Assembly (NCBI GenBank): GCA_041389005.1
Contig: JAWKSR010000002.1
Location: 1,482-65,481, forward strand
Source: Minisyncoccota bacterium
GTDB taxonomy: Bacteria; Patescibacteriota; Minisyncoccia; Phycocordibacterales; UBA918
Reading direction: 5' to 3'
Length of the DNA: 64,000 nt
Numbering within the stretch: position 1 is the stretch's first letter; every line of letters begins with the position of its first letter. Under the pieces are notes generated by a model. That model was not told the origin of the DNA and searched no databases. It saw nothing but the letters and a program-made list of their open reading frames with translations. Made by a program: the position numbers and the translations under genes. This document shows, piece by piece, positions 26,592 through 36,370 of the stretch.

Positions 26592-27203
26592 ATGAAAAAT
26601 CTTTGCACTTCCGCCTGGCAACATAGTCTTGGTACCGCACTTCTACTAGCGTTTGTCGGTGCTTGCTACCACTATGTACAAGCTGACTCCCTTAATGTCT
26701 ATGCTGTCAATCGAATCATCGCTGACGTAGCTCTGCTACTCATCGGTTACTCGATTGCTGTTGGAGCATTGGTGAAATGGTGGGGTATTGGCACTACGAC
26801 CATTGCCTACCGCCGCGAATATGGAGTGCTCGGTTTTGCGTTGGCACTACTTCACGGTGTGCTTACTTTTGCATTGCCACGCTTTAGTCTCACCGGACTG
26901 CTGTTGCCGGAGAACATTGTCGGTTTTGGTGCGGCGGTCATTTCACTAACTCTTCTCACTATTATGACGGCGGTCTCTGTGGCGTGGATCAAAAATACCA
27001 TTGGTATGCTTTGGTGGCGCCGCACGCTTTCTATTGGTATTTACGCGTATGGTTTTGGACTTTTACACGCTGTTATAAAAAGTGTTGATGTGTGGTCGTA
27101 TGCATCCTGGCATCAGGCAGGTTTACCGCCGCTGAGTCTATTTGTATGTGGCGCCGCCAGTGCCATGTTTTTCGTGTGGTGGTTTGCTCGTTTTGTGCGT
27201 TAA
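26592..27203 (+). CDS. polytopic membrane protein (possibly ferric-reductase-like/MsrQ-like TM domain)
   Basis: ATG at 26592, after the terminator. Six predicted TM segments with conserved-looking His residues (LALLHGVLTF; FGLLHAVIK). Family assignment is tentative. Confidence 0.5.
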   Translation: MKNLCTSAWQHSLGTALLLAFVGACYHYVQADSLNVYAVNRIIADVALLLIGYSIAVGALVKWWGIGTTTIAYRREYGVLGFALALLHGVLTFALPRFSLTGLLLPENIVGFGAAVISLTLLTIMTAVSVAWIKNTIGMLWWRRTLSIGIYAYGFGLLHAVIKSVDVWSYASWHQAGLPPLSLFVCGAASAMFFVWWFARFVR

Positions 27204-27230
27204 ACGTACGGCCTCGTAAAGTTTCCAGAT

Positions 27231-28376
27231 ATGAAAAAGGTGATTGAAACGAAAAAACAGTTCTCACTCAAAGATGAATTATTTAATGAGACAAAAGTTA
27301 AGCGCTTAGCTCGTGAAATAAAAAAAGCCCATCCAGCTTTTAATGCCAATCTTTTTGTACGTGACGTTGTTGATGCTTTTCCGGGGCAAGAGCTTATGCA
27401 ACGTCTGCGTCACATTACCGCCATGCTACGGCGGCATCTTCCGAGAGAATACCCAAAAGCGCTGGCGGTCATTTTAAAAGCTCTGCCAGAACCACTCGAT
27501 CCCAAGAAAACCGATAACGATTTTGGGGACTTCATCTACGGACCGTACTCATATTTTGTCGCAACGTATGGGTGTACTGAAAAGCATGTAGAGAAATCAC
27601 TCAAAGCTCTCGCTGAAATAACCAAACGCTTCTCAGCGGAAGGAGCCCTACGAGATTTTCTTAATGCCTTTCCTAAGGAGACCCTCGTTGCGGTTACCGC
27701 TTGGTCTCAGGATGCTAATTATCACGTGCGTCGCCTCGCCAGTGAGGGGACTCGTCCCAATTTGCCGTGGGCGAAAAAGATTACGGTCTCACACCGAAAA
27801 TTTTTGCCTCTTCTTGATCGCTTGCACAGCGACCCGACTCGGTATGTCACCCGCTCGGTAGCCAACCACCTCAATGACATTGCCAAGTTTGATCCCGAGA
27901 CAGTATTGAAGTTGCTTAAAAAATGGCAGAGGACTGACAAGCAAGAGAGTAAAGAGCTCGCCTTTATCACGAAACACGCTTTGCGCACCCTTATCAAAGA
28001 TGGTCATCCTAAAGCACTCGCGTTACTCGGGTACGAGGAGTGTGATGTGACGGCAAAACAGTTTCGGTTGGCGAATAAAACAGTCACCATTGGTGAGGCG
28101 TTAGCATTTTCGTTCACCCTTCGCTCAACCAGCACAAAAACGCAGTCGCTCATGGTTGATTATCGTATTCACTTCCATAAAGCCAATGGCTCATTGGCAC
28201 CAAAGGTGTTTAAGATCAGCAGCGTTGATCTACAGCCCGGAGAATCAAAGACCTTTTCAAAAAACCATCCTCTCAAACCCATGTCTACTCGAGCGCTCTA
28301 TCCTGGTGAACATAAACTCGAATTGCAAGTCAACGGCAAAAGCCTCGGCACCAAGACCTTCACGCTTAGTAGCTAG
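27231..28376 (+). CDS. DNA alkylation repair protein, AlkC-like HEAT-like-repeat glycosylase with C-terminal Ig-like domain
   Basis: N-terminal FSLKDELFNETKVKRLAREIKKAHPAFNANLF....ELMQRLRHITAMLRRHLP matches my recollection of AlkC family N-termini. RRLASEGTRPNLPWA. C-terminal beta-rich ~90 aa. Confidence 0.55.
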   Translation: MKKVIETKKQFSLKDELFNETKVKRLAREIKKAHPAFNANLFVRDVVDAFPGQELMQRLRHITAMLRRHLPREYPKALAVILKALPEPLDPKKTDNDFGDFIYGPYSYFVATYGCTEKHVEKSLKALAEITKRFSAEGALRDFLNAFPKETLVAVTAWSQDANYHVRRLASEGTRPNLPWAKKITVSHRKFLPLLDRLHSDPTRYVTRSVANHLNDIAKFDPETVLKLLKKWQRTDKQESKELAFITKHALRTLIKDGHPKALALLGYEECDVTAKQFRLANKTVTIGEALAFSFTLRSTSTKTQSLMVDYRIHFHKANGSLAPKVFKISSVDLQPGESKTFSKNHPLKPMSTRALYPGEHKLELQVNGKSLGTKTFTLSS

Positions 28377-28797
28377 TTTGGTGGGTTTTCTTAAGGTCTT
28401 TGAGTCCAGCTCTAATGAGTTTGGCGAGAACCTCTTGGTCAATCTTGGACAGGTTTTTTAAATACAGGCATGATTTACCAAGTTTATGCGGACCGAGTTT
28501 TTCGAGTAGTTTCGAATAGTCTTTATAGCCCGGCATGATGTAGATCGTGGGACCACTTTTACGCATCGAAAATCCGATTGCCATAAATTGTCCCTCATCT
28601 CCATTACTCCGGTGGTAGGTGTAGCTGCCAAATCCAATAATACTCGCACCCCACATGACAGGCTTCATACCAGTCACGTCTTTAAATAATTTTAGGAGTA
28701 CCTTGGCGTCTTTTTGTACGCGTGGATCAAGGGTTTGTATATAGGCACTGACACTACGGTTATTCTTGGTAGTTTTAAGTTTGATGGCTTTTGACAT
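28366..28797 (-). CDS. DUF1801 (YdhG-like) domain protein
   Basis: VSAYIQTLDPRVQKDAKVLLKLFKDVTGMKPVMWGASIIGFGSYTY....G......GFS.RKSGPTIYI. Confidence 0.7.
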   Translation of the reverse strand: MSKAIKLKTTKNNRSVSAYIQTLDPRVQKDAKVLLKLFKDVTGMKPVMWGASIIGFGSYTYHRSNGDEGQFMAIGFSMRKSGPTIYIMPGYKDYSKLLEKLGPHKLGKSCLYLKNLSKIDQEVLAKLIRAGLKDLKKTHQTSY

Positions 28798-28827
28798 ACA
28801 TATAGTATATCGTTATCTCAAGTAGTT

Positions 28828-29463
28828 ATGACTATTTCAGAAATATACAAAAAGTACAAAATCAACCAAGGGCTACAGGGGCATATGTATAGAGTGGCTG
28901 CCGTTGCTTATTTTATCTGCAAAGCTTACCAAGAAGACATCGACACACGTTCTGTTGTTTCTGCTTGTCTTCTGCATGACATGGGGAACTTATTAAAATT
29001 TAAATTTGATGTAGCCCCGGAACTCTGTGAACCAGAAGGAGTTGAATATTGGCAAAAAGTACAAACTGAACTGAAAGAAAAGTATGGATCAAATGTCCAT
29101 GAAGCGACTTTGGCTATGGTGAGGGAGATTTCCCACGAAAAGAAAATTGTTGAGGTTGTGAACGAGGCATCGTTTGATGAGATTATTACTGTTGCAAATG
29201 AAGGCTCTGTTGAAGCTCAATTACTCGAGTATGCTGATATGCGTGTTGGACTTCACGGAGTTGTATCTCTGGATTCTCGATTCAACGATATAAAAGAACG
29301 GTATTGTCCCTGGCGTTTTTCAGAAGCTGAGCTTGAAACGCGCAGAAAAGCTGCAAAACAGATAGAAAATGAACTGCTTGCAAGCACCATCCTTAGTCCC
29401 GAAGCTATTTCTGATGTGACAATTCGCGAACCCATGAACGAATTGTCTAATTGGGAGTTGTAA
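28828..29463 (+). CDS. HD-domain phosphohydrolase
   Basis: GHMYRVAAVAYF... ACLLHDMGN (H...HD motif). Confidence 0.7.
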   Translation: MTISEIYKKYKINQGLQGHMYRVAAVAYFICKAYQEDIDTRSVVSACLLHDMGNLLKFKFDVAPELCEPEGVEYWQKVQTELKEKYGSNVHEATLAMVREISHEKKIVEVVNEASFDEIITVANEGSVEAQLLEYADMRVGLHGVVSLDSRFNDIKERYCPWRFSEAELETRRKAAKQIENELLASTILSPEAISDVTIREPMNELSNWEL

Positions 29464-29513
29464 TGATTTGGTTTTTAGTTACCTTGAATAGGAAGAAAGG
29501 AGGTGATTCTTTG

Positions 29514-29591
29514 ATGACATATTTTGTCGATAAATACGGCATTGTGCATACATCACGTGAAGCATGTGTGCTTGCCAATCAAACATATTAA
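29514..29591 (+). CDS. candidate micro-protein (25 aa) with a consensus-like Shine-Dalgarno
   Basis: gaAAGGAGGTGAttctttgATG. MTYFVDKYGIVHTSREACVLANQTY*. Hairpin 29624-29644 lies downstream. Confidence 0.3.
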   Translation: MTYFVDKYGIVHTSREACVLANQTY

Positions 29592-29623
29592 ACCTCATAT
29601 ATTATGTTCTTTTAGTATGAAAT

Positions 29624-29644
29624 GAGCCGACCTTTGGTCGGCTC
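29624..29644. terminator. hairpin / probable bidirectional terminator
   Basis: GAGCCGACCtttGGTCGGCTC, between the micro-ORF (+) and the TVP38 gene end (-). Confidence 0.55.
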
Positions 29645-29650
29645 TCTGTG

Positions 29651-31732
29651 CTATTCAGCTTTGAAGCGGCGCAAGAGTCGTGATAGTACGATTGAGAAGA
29701 TAAAGATCCCGACCGAAAGAGCAAGGTACTTAGGGTCAAGGGCGCTGTAGGTCAGACCGTCCATTTTTAATTGTTCGAGATTAATCGCGGCACCAAGTGC
29801 CACAAAGGTTGTGAGTCCCGGTAAGATACCGATAAATGTTGCCAGAGCGTAAGACGCCCATCGTACCCCAAGTACACCAGAGCCGTAGTTACAGAGATCA
29901 AATGGCACATAGAAAAGACGCATAAAGAGCACTGATTCAAACGGACGACTGCGAAGCCACTCAATCCAATTACCCAAGACCGAGTCTTCAAGTCGCAGGT
30001 CTTTACCAAAGAACCGCCCAATCCAATAGGCAAGATTGGCGGAAAGGTTTTCACCAATCAAGGTATAGATGATTCCCCACCAAAATCCAAACAATACACC
30101 CGAGAGGGCAGTGAGTAACGTAGCTGGGAAGAGAATGAGTGGACGAATGGTATAGGCAAGCATGTACACAAACGGTCCCCACATTGAGGTGGTGAAGAAG
30201 TCGATAAGCTGCAAGAGGACATCAGTGTATGAGAGGTGGTTAATGAGGCGGTAGTGCTGGAATTGGTAAATCAGTGTGACCCAGAAAACAGCGGCAATTA
30301 GTTTTGGTAGGTGTTTCTTTATGAGACGCACAACGTCTTGTTTGAGATCAGTGAGTTGCTGAGCCAGGAAGCGGTCGCCAGCTTTTGGATAAGCTGTCCG
30401 TAGGTTGGGTACGCATAGATAAGTTGCTGAAGTTTCCACATGGAAATCTTTTGGTCAATCGCCAGGGTAGCCAAACTAATGAGCTCACCAGCGTGAGTGC
30501 CAAAGACAGTTGCTCCTAACACTGCTCCGTTAAGACGCCGGACGGTAAACACCACCACCCCTTCAGTGGCTTCATCAGTAACCGCTCGATCTGCTTCAGT
30601 GTATGGGACTTCAAGGCGCATCACCTCGCTATTGTGATAGCGCTGACACGCCTCCTGGTAGTTCATACCAACAGACGCAATTTCTGGGTCTGTATAGGTA
30701 ACCTTAGGAACGGCTTTTTTATTATTGACTCGTAACACTCCCCACGAAGCGACAAAACGCACGACTTGTCGAGCGGCATCACTGGCGGTGTGGGTGAACT
30801 TAAGGGTTTTGTGAAACGTCACCGACCGCAAACACATAACGATTGGCAGTGCGGTACTGACTGTCTATTTTGACACCACGTTTGTCGTACGAAATACCTG
30901 CTTCTTCCAGTCCTTCTGGTAGATTGGGCACTCGTCCGATAGCAACCAGTACTTTGTCGAAGGTAACGGTCTCGTGCTTTACCACTTCACTGCCTCGTTT
31001 GACAGCAAAGACGCTTGTCGTCCATCAACGTGTTCAATATGCGCGCAATGCAAAATGGTAATACCAAGCGCTTCAAAGGAAGCCTCAATCTTCGGCGCCA
31101 CCACGCTATCTTCGCGAGCGGCAAGACTCTCATCAATGGTAGCAATAGTGACCTGGGAGCCAAGGAGTGCCAACGCCTGACCCATCTCCATGCCAATCGG
31201 TCCGCCGCCGATGACTAAGGTGCGTTCTGGTACTCGATCAAGATCAAAAGATTTTGGTTGGTAAGAGTGTCCTGGGCTTTAAGCCCTGGTATCTCAATGA
31301 GACGTGGAGAGGAACCAGTAGCAATAACTGCTCGGCGATAACGATAGGTAGTACCAGCGACCGCAATGGCACAAGGAGCAATAAAGCGCGCTTCTCCCGA
31401 AACAACAGTAATACCAAGCGCTTCAAACTGCTCAGCTGTTTCTTCTGCTAATATCGCGTTTACTTTTGTCGGACGTAAGAAAAAGCATCTGCTCGATAGG
31501 CGTTGGTCAGTAGGAGTCGTGCCTGCAATGGTCACAGCTTGGTGGTATGCCTGGCATGATGGAGAAGTGCTTTACTTGGTACACAACCAGAGTTGGTACA
31601 CTCACCACCCATGTGTTCACGTTCAACAAGCAGTACCGATTTACCCACCTTGGCAAAGCCAACTGCCGCCGTAAGTCCGCCGGAGCCTGCCCCAATAACA
31701 ACCACATCATACGTTTTTTGCGCTCGTTCCAT
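29651..31732 (-). pseudogene. fusion of class I pyridine-nucleotide-disulfide oxidoreductase (N-terminal) and TVP38/TMEM64 (DedA-like) membrane domain (C-terminal); oxidoreductase part has at least 5 frame breaks
   Basis: 31732: MERAQKTYDVVVIGAGSGGLTAAVGFAKVGKSVLLVEREHMGGECTNSGCVPSKALL (GxGxxG plus redox CxxxxC). Fragments 31215..31535, 30979..31191, 30800..30985 and 30319..30837 carry NAD-binding and dimerisation-domain sequence. 29651..30439 is an intact TVP38 domain (VLFGFWWGIIYTLIGENLSANLAYWIGRFFG), in frame with the end of the dimerisation domain. Confidence 0.7.
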
Positions 31733-31794
31733 TACTCACTCTTATTTATGTAGGTAGTGTAGCATTTTCGGTTAACGATAGTGTGCGTAACAAT

Positions 31795-31830
31795 AAAAAG
31801 CCGGACGCGCAGCGTCCGGCTTTTTGTTTT
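31795..31830. terminator. bidirectional rho-independent terminator
   Basis: aaaaaGCCGGACGCgcaGCGTCCGGCttttt. Confidence 0.85.
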
Positions 31831-32012
31831 TAGGCTGCCACCAACACTATGAAGAAGAGGAACGTGCCAATGAGTGGTATCAGCGTCACTGCCGCCACTA
31901 CCATGCGGTCTGAGAGCACAGACTCAAGAGAGTCAACGTAGGTTTCTAGGTCCTGATACGCTTCGCGAAGCAGCGATACGTACGAACGTACGTATGATTG
32001 AATATATTGCAT
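31830..32012 (-). CDS. small tail-anchored membrane protein (60 aa)
   Basis: RBS taGGTGGtgggctATG. MQYIQSYVRSYVSLLREAYQDLETYV...VVAAVTLIPLIGTFLFFIVLVAA. Confidence 0.45.
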   Translation of the reverse strand: MQYIQSYVRSYVSLLREAYQDLETYVDSLESVLSDRMVVAAVTLIPLIGTFLFFIVLVAA

Positions 32013-32093
32013 AGCCCACCACCTAACTAATAAGTAAAAGCGCTCTTTTATTACCACACATTAAAAAATAAGTCAAATAATACAAAGAGTTAG

Positions 32094-32307
32094 GTGACAA
32101 AAAGAAAAGGGTAGGGTATAGTGTGCGCACTTTGCCTACGGGTGAGAGAGTGCGGGGCACTCTCGCAAGACTTTGCTTGGTAGTTTCAGGAATACATGGA
32201 CTGAAATAACGGCAAAGTATACAGAGCCTGTAAGGCTTTTTCTCTCTACGCCAGGTAGGTCATATAGGGAGATATACATAATTATTTATTTAAAATTATT
32301 TGATTTT
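32094..32307 (+). promoter_or_regulatory. fusA promoter (GTGACA-17-TATAGT) plus 185-nt structured leader
   Basis: -35 at 32094-32099, -10 at 32117-32122. The leader contains hairpins gagagtgcggggcactctc and agagcctgtaaggcttttt. No SD before the ATG. Confidence 0.55.
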
Positions 32308-34477
32308 ATGGCACGAGCATTTCCAATTGAAAAGCTACGAAACTTCGGTATCGTTGCCCACGTTGATGCGGGTAAGACAACTACTTCAGAGCGTGTTCTT
32401 TTCTATACCGGTATGAGCCACAAAATCGGTGAGGTACACGATGGTGAGACCGTAACCGACTGGATGGAGCAAGAACGCGAACGTGGTATTACCATTACCG
32501 CCGCAGCGATTTCTTGTAACTGGGAAAAGACTATGGAGACCGATCGTACCAACAAAGATCTCCAACACACCTTCAATATCATCGACACACCAGGACACAT
32601 CGACTTTACCGCTGAGGTAAAGCGGTCTATGCGTGTGCTTGATGGTGCGGTAGTGGTATTTGACGGCGCCGCTGGTGTAGAACCACAAACTGAGACCAAC
32701 TGGGGGTATGCTGACGAAGCCAACGTGCCGCGTATCTGTTTTATCAACAAAATGGATAAATTAGGTGCTGACTATAATGCCTCTATTAAGTCTATTCATG
32801 ACCGATTGTCTCCGAAAGCAGTCCGTATTCAGCTCCCTATCGGTGCGGAAGATTCTCTCTCTGGTGTAGTTGACCTGATTACCATGAAGGCGTATCGCTT
32901 TGGCGGTCAGATGGGTATGGATGTAACTGAGGAAGAGATTCCGGACGACCTGAAAGCTGAGGCAGAGAAGTGGCGTGGTGAGATGATCGAAAAGATTGTT
33001 GAACATGACGACGCCATGATGGAAGCCTATCTTGGTGGAGAAGAACCAAGCAATGAAGATCTTAAAAAGGTTTTGCGTAAGGCGGTAATCGCCAACGAGA
33101 TTTTCCCAATCATGACGGGTTCTGCTCTGAAGAATATTGGTGTGCAACTGGTGCTTGATGCGGTAGTAGATTACCTTCCGGCTCCAACTGATCTGCCACC
33201 AGTAACTGGTACTGATCCAAAACTGAAACAGAAATCACCCGCAATCCAAGCGATGAGGATCCATTTGCAGCGTTGGCGTTTAAGCTCCAGGATGACAAAT
33301 TTGTTGGTCAGTTGGCTTTCTTCCGAGTGTACTAGGGACAGTAAAAGCAGGGTCTTATATTCTCAACTCTTCGACTGGAAATAAAGAGCGTGTAGGACGT
33401 ATTGTACGTTTGATGGCTGACAAGCGTGATGAAGTAGAGGAAGTGTACGCTGGTGAAATTGCTGCTGCAGTGGGTATTAAAGAAGTTAAAACTTCGCATA
33501 CCCTTTGTGACGAATCATCTCCAATTGTACTTGAGCAGATTACCTTCCCAGAACCGGTGGTGGCAGTACGAGTAGAACCAAAAACCAAGAACGACCAAGA
33601 AAAGATGGGTATTGCCCTCAAACGCCTTTCTGACGAAGACCCAACGTTCAAGGTATCTACTGATGATGAGACACTCGAGACCATTATTGCTGGTATGGGT
33701 GAACTCCATCTCGATATTATTGTTGATCGTATGAAGCGTGAATTTGGGGTGGAAGCCAACATCGGTCAACCACAAGTAGCCTACCGAGAGACCATTCAAG
33801 GTGAAGCGGAAGCTGAACATAAGTACGTTAAGCAGTCTGGTGGTCGCGGTCAGTATGGTCACGTTAAATTGCGCATCAAACCACTGGTACCACTGGCAGA
33901 AGGTGAAGAGCCAGCTAAGAACGTTACTCGTGAAGATCACTTTGAATTTGTGGACAGCATCAAAGGAGGGGTTGTACCAAATGAGTATATTCCGGCTGTT
34001 CGTAAAGGTGCTAAGGAAGCTATGGAACGTGGTTTTGTGGCTGGTTACAAGATGGAAGATGTTTCAGTCGAGCTATTCGATGGTTCATACCACGATGTGG
34101 ACTCTTCAGAGATTGCTTTCAAACTTGCTGCTATCAACGCCTTTAAAGAAGCAGCTGCAAAAGCTAATCCGGTTATCCTCGAACCAGTGATGAAAGTAGA
34201 AGTCCGTACGCCTGACGAGTACATGGGAGACATCCAAGGAAACATTTCTTCTAAGCGTGGGCAAATCGAAGCGACCGAAGAAATTGGCGGTAAGACCATT
34301 GTAAATGCCAAAGTCCCACTATCTGAGATGTTTGGTTACACCAACTCGCTCCGCTCAATGACGCAGGGTCGTGCCAGCATGACCATGGAATTTGATCACT
34401 ACGCAGTGGTTCCACCAAATGTCGCAGAAGACATTAAGAAAGCGAGGGGTGTAAAAGCCACTGGCACAGAAGGTTAG
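32308..34477 (+). CDS. fusA: elongation factor G (two single-base frame breaks at 33219-33222 and 33333-33334)
   Basis: [35 protein letters not shown]; DTPGHIDF; NKMDK. The middle reads TDPK(T)[36 protein letters not shown](S)[12 protein letters not shown] only after restoring one base at each site. Confidence 0.95.
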
Positions 34478-34480
34478 AGT

Positions 34481-34506
34481 AAAAAACATCCGAAAGGATG
34501 TTTTTT
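34481..34506 (+). terminator. rho-independent terminator after fusA
   Basis: aaaaaaCATCCgaaaGGATGtttttt. Confidence 0.85.
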
Positions 34507-34508
34507 AC

Positions 34509-34537
34509 TTGAGTGTATTCACAAAACTATATATAGT
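34509..34537 (+). promoter_or_regulatory. sigma70-type promoter (TTGAGT-17-TATAGT) opening the fusA-tuf island
   Basis: -35 at 34509-34514, -10 at 34532-34537. GGAGG at 34557-34561 lies 5 nt before the ATG at 34567. Confidence 0.55.
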
Positions 34538-34566
34538 GTTTACAGACTCAAGCAATGGAGGTTGGT

Positions 34567-35097
34567 ATGGAGCCACAGAAACTTCTTAAGGCGTTTGTCT
34601 CTGAGAGACCGTACTTTTCGCTTAGTGATTGTGGTAAACGAGCCAGCTTTTACTACACAAAACATAATAGACTACCCAATAACGGGGAAAGTACGGTCAT
34701 CGAATTGGTTGACGAAGAAAAAGGTTTTATGATGAGGGGAGAAACTATAGTCCGCTACCCTCTTTTGCAGAAGCGAACAAAAAAATTTGCTGACCAACTT
34801 CTTCAGACGTTACTTCCTTTTGGAGTGATGGTATATTTGTGTGAGCCAAGAACAGTCGGCTTGGAGTGGGACATGCGTCCCTTGATGGCGGATCTCTTTG
34901 ACGATGAGCTACGAGTACAAATCATGTACAATCAACTGTCGTACATGATTTGCGGTCTTATGTGCACGGCCAGTGCCATGCGCCTCAGTCATCGATTAAT
35001 GAACCAGGAGGGACTCGACAGAGCCGAGAAGTTAACTCCAGCTCGACTAGCTGAATACACGGCACATGGCATATTTGAGCCATCCTATATACAGTAA
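34567..35097 (+). CDS. hypothetical protein (176 aa)
   Basis: SD-led ORF, MEPQKLLKAFVSERPYFSLSDCGKRASFYY.... No family recognised. Hairpin AGCCGGGGAacccTCCCCGGCT at 35101-35122. Confidence 0.5.
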   Translation: MEPQKLLKAFVSERPYFSLSDCGKRASFYYTKHNRLPNNGESTVIELVDEEKGFMMRGETIVRYPLLQKRTKKFADQLLQTLLPFGVMVYLCEPRTVGLEWDMRPLMADLFDDELRVQIMYNQLSYMICGLMCTASAMRLSHRLMNQEGLDRAEKLTPARLAEYTAHGIFEPSYIQ

Positions 35098-35173
35098 CCA
35101 AGCCGGGGAACCCTCCCCGGCTTTAATGTTTATTGCGCTTAGAGATATGTTTATTCATGCTATTCTGACTATA

Positions 35174-36271
35174 ATGACCGCCAAGGAAAAACTCACAGAG
35201 GTACTCCAAAAAGCTGACATTACCATCAACGGGTCACGACCAACGGATATTCAAGTGCACGATGAACGGGTCTATGACCGAGTCTTGAGTGGCGGCACGC
35301 TCGCCATTGGAGAATCTTTTATGGACGGTTGGTGGGACGTAGAAGATCTGGCTGAGGTGGTGAATCGTGTACACACCACCAAACTCTATCAGGAAATCGT
35401 GTCGTTTGATGCATGGTGGCTGTTACTCAAAAGTTTCTTAGGAAATCTACAAAGCCGTGCCCGAGCATTTCAGGTTGGACGCGAACACTATGACATCGGT
35501 AATGATCTCTACCAGGCAATGCTCGATGATCGCATGGTGTATACCAGTGGCGTATGGGCTGGAGTCGAAACACTCGAAGCCGCCCAAGAGCAGAAGTTGC
35601 AGATGGTGTGTGAGAAACTAGGACTCAAATCCGGGGATCGAGTGCTCGATATTGGATGTGGGTGGGGAAGTTTTATGAAATATGCAGCTGAAAAGTATGA
35701 TGTGACGTGTGTAGGGCTGACTGTCTCAGTTGGACAAACTGAATTGGGACAGAAAATGTGTGAGAGACTGCCCGTAGAATTTGTTGTTAAAGACTACCGT
35801 GATTATACTGACGTGAAGAAGTTTGACCACATTGCCTCAATCGAGATGATAGAAGCAGTAGGAGCAAAAAACTTTCGTACCTACTTTAAAAAAGCTCATG
35901 AGTTCTTAAAACCGGGCGGACGATTTGTCATACAAGCAATTGGTGATTTAGACAAGAAGCCAGTGCCGAGTGTGTGGCTCGATACCTATATTTTTCCAAA
36001 CGGTATTCTCCCATCTTTGAGTCAGCTAGAAGATGCCAGTCGGTATTTATTTCGAACTGAACATGTAGAAAATATCGGACCAGACTATGATCCTACGCTG
36101 ATGGAGTGGTGGCGGCGTTTTCACCACGCGTACCCGCGATTAAAAGCCAACAATCCAAAATATAACCAACGCTTCTATAAAATGTGGAAGTTCTATCTAC
36201 AAGGCTGTGCCGGGCTGTTCCGTTCTCGGGTTGGGCAAAACTGGCAAATCGTCTACTCCCGAATTGATTGA
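35174..36271 (+). CDS. cfa: cyclopropane-fatty-acyl-phospholipid synthase family SAM methyltransferase
   Basis: HYDIGNDLYQAMLD..M.YTSG.W; SAM motif VLDIGCGWGSFMKYAAEKY; IEMIEAVG..N...YF; FR.W.FYL..CAG.F. Confidence 0.85.
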   Translation: MTAKEKLTEVLQKADITINGSRPTDIQVHDERVYDRVLSGGTLAIGESFMDGWWDVEDLAEVVNRVHTTKLYQEIVSFDAWWLLLKSFLGNLQSRARAFQVGREHYDIGNDLYQAMLDDRMVYTSGVWAGVETLEAAQEQKLQMVCEKLGLKSGDRVLDIGCGWGSFMKYAAEKYDVTCVGLTVSVGQTELGQKMCERLPVEFVVKDYRDYTDVKKFDHIASIEMIEAVGAKNFRTYFKKAHEFLKPGGRFVIQAIGDLDKKPVPSVWLDTYIFPNGILPSLSQLEDASRYLFRTEHVENIGPDYDPTLMEWWRRFHHAYPRLKANNPKYNQRFYKMWKFYLQGCAGLFRSRVGQNWQIVYSRID

Positions 36272-36310
36272 CCTCTTAATCAGTTGTCTCAAGTCAATAT
36301 CTATAAAAAG

Positions 36311-36355
36311 AAAAAACCCCGAGTTGATAAGACCAGGGGTCTTTTCACTCGGGGC
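36311..36355. terminator. bidirectional terminator-like hairpin (cfa / BTLCP)
   Basis: aaaaaaCCCCGAGttgataagaccaggggtcttttcaCTCGGGG. Confidence 0.55.
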
Positions 36356-36370
36356 TCAGCTTGTTTTGCC

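Noticed and set aside
33355-34311. Minus-strand and off-frame ORFs within fusA (33355..33762, 33515..33940, 33801..34190, 34045..34311)
   Set aside because: They overlap the strongly conserved EF-G frame, and their sequences are not protein-like.
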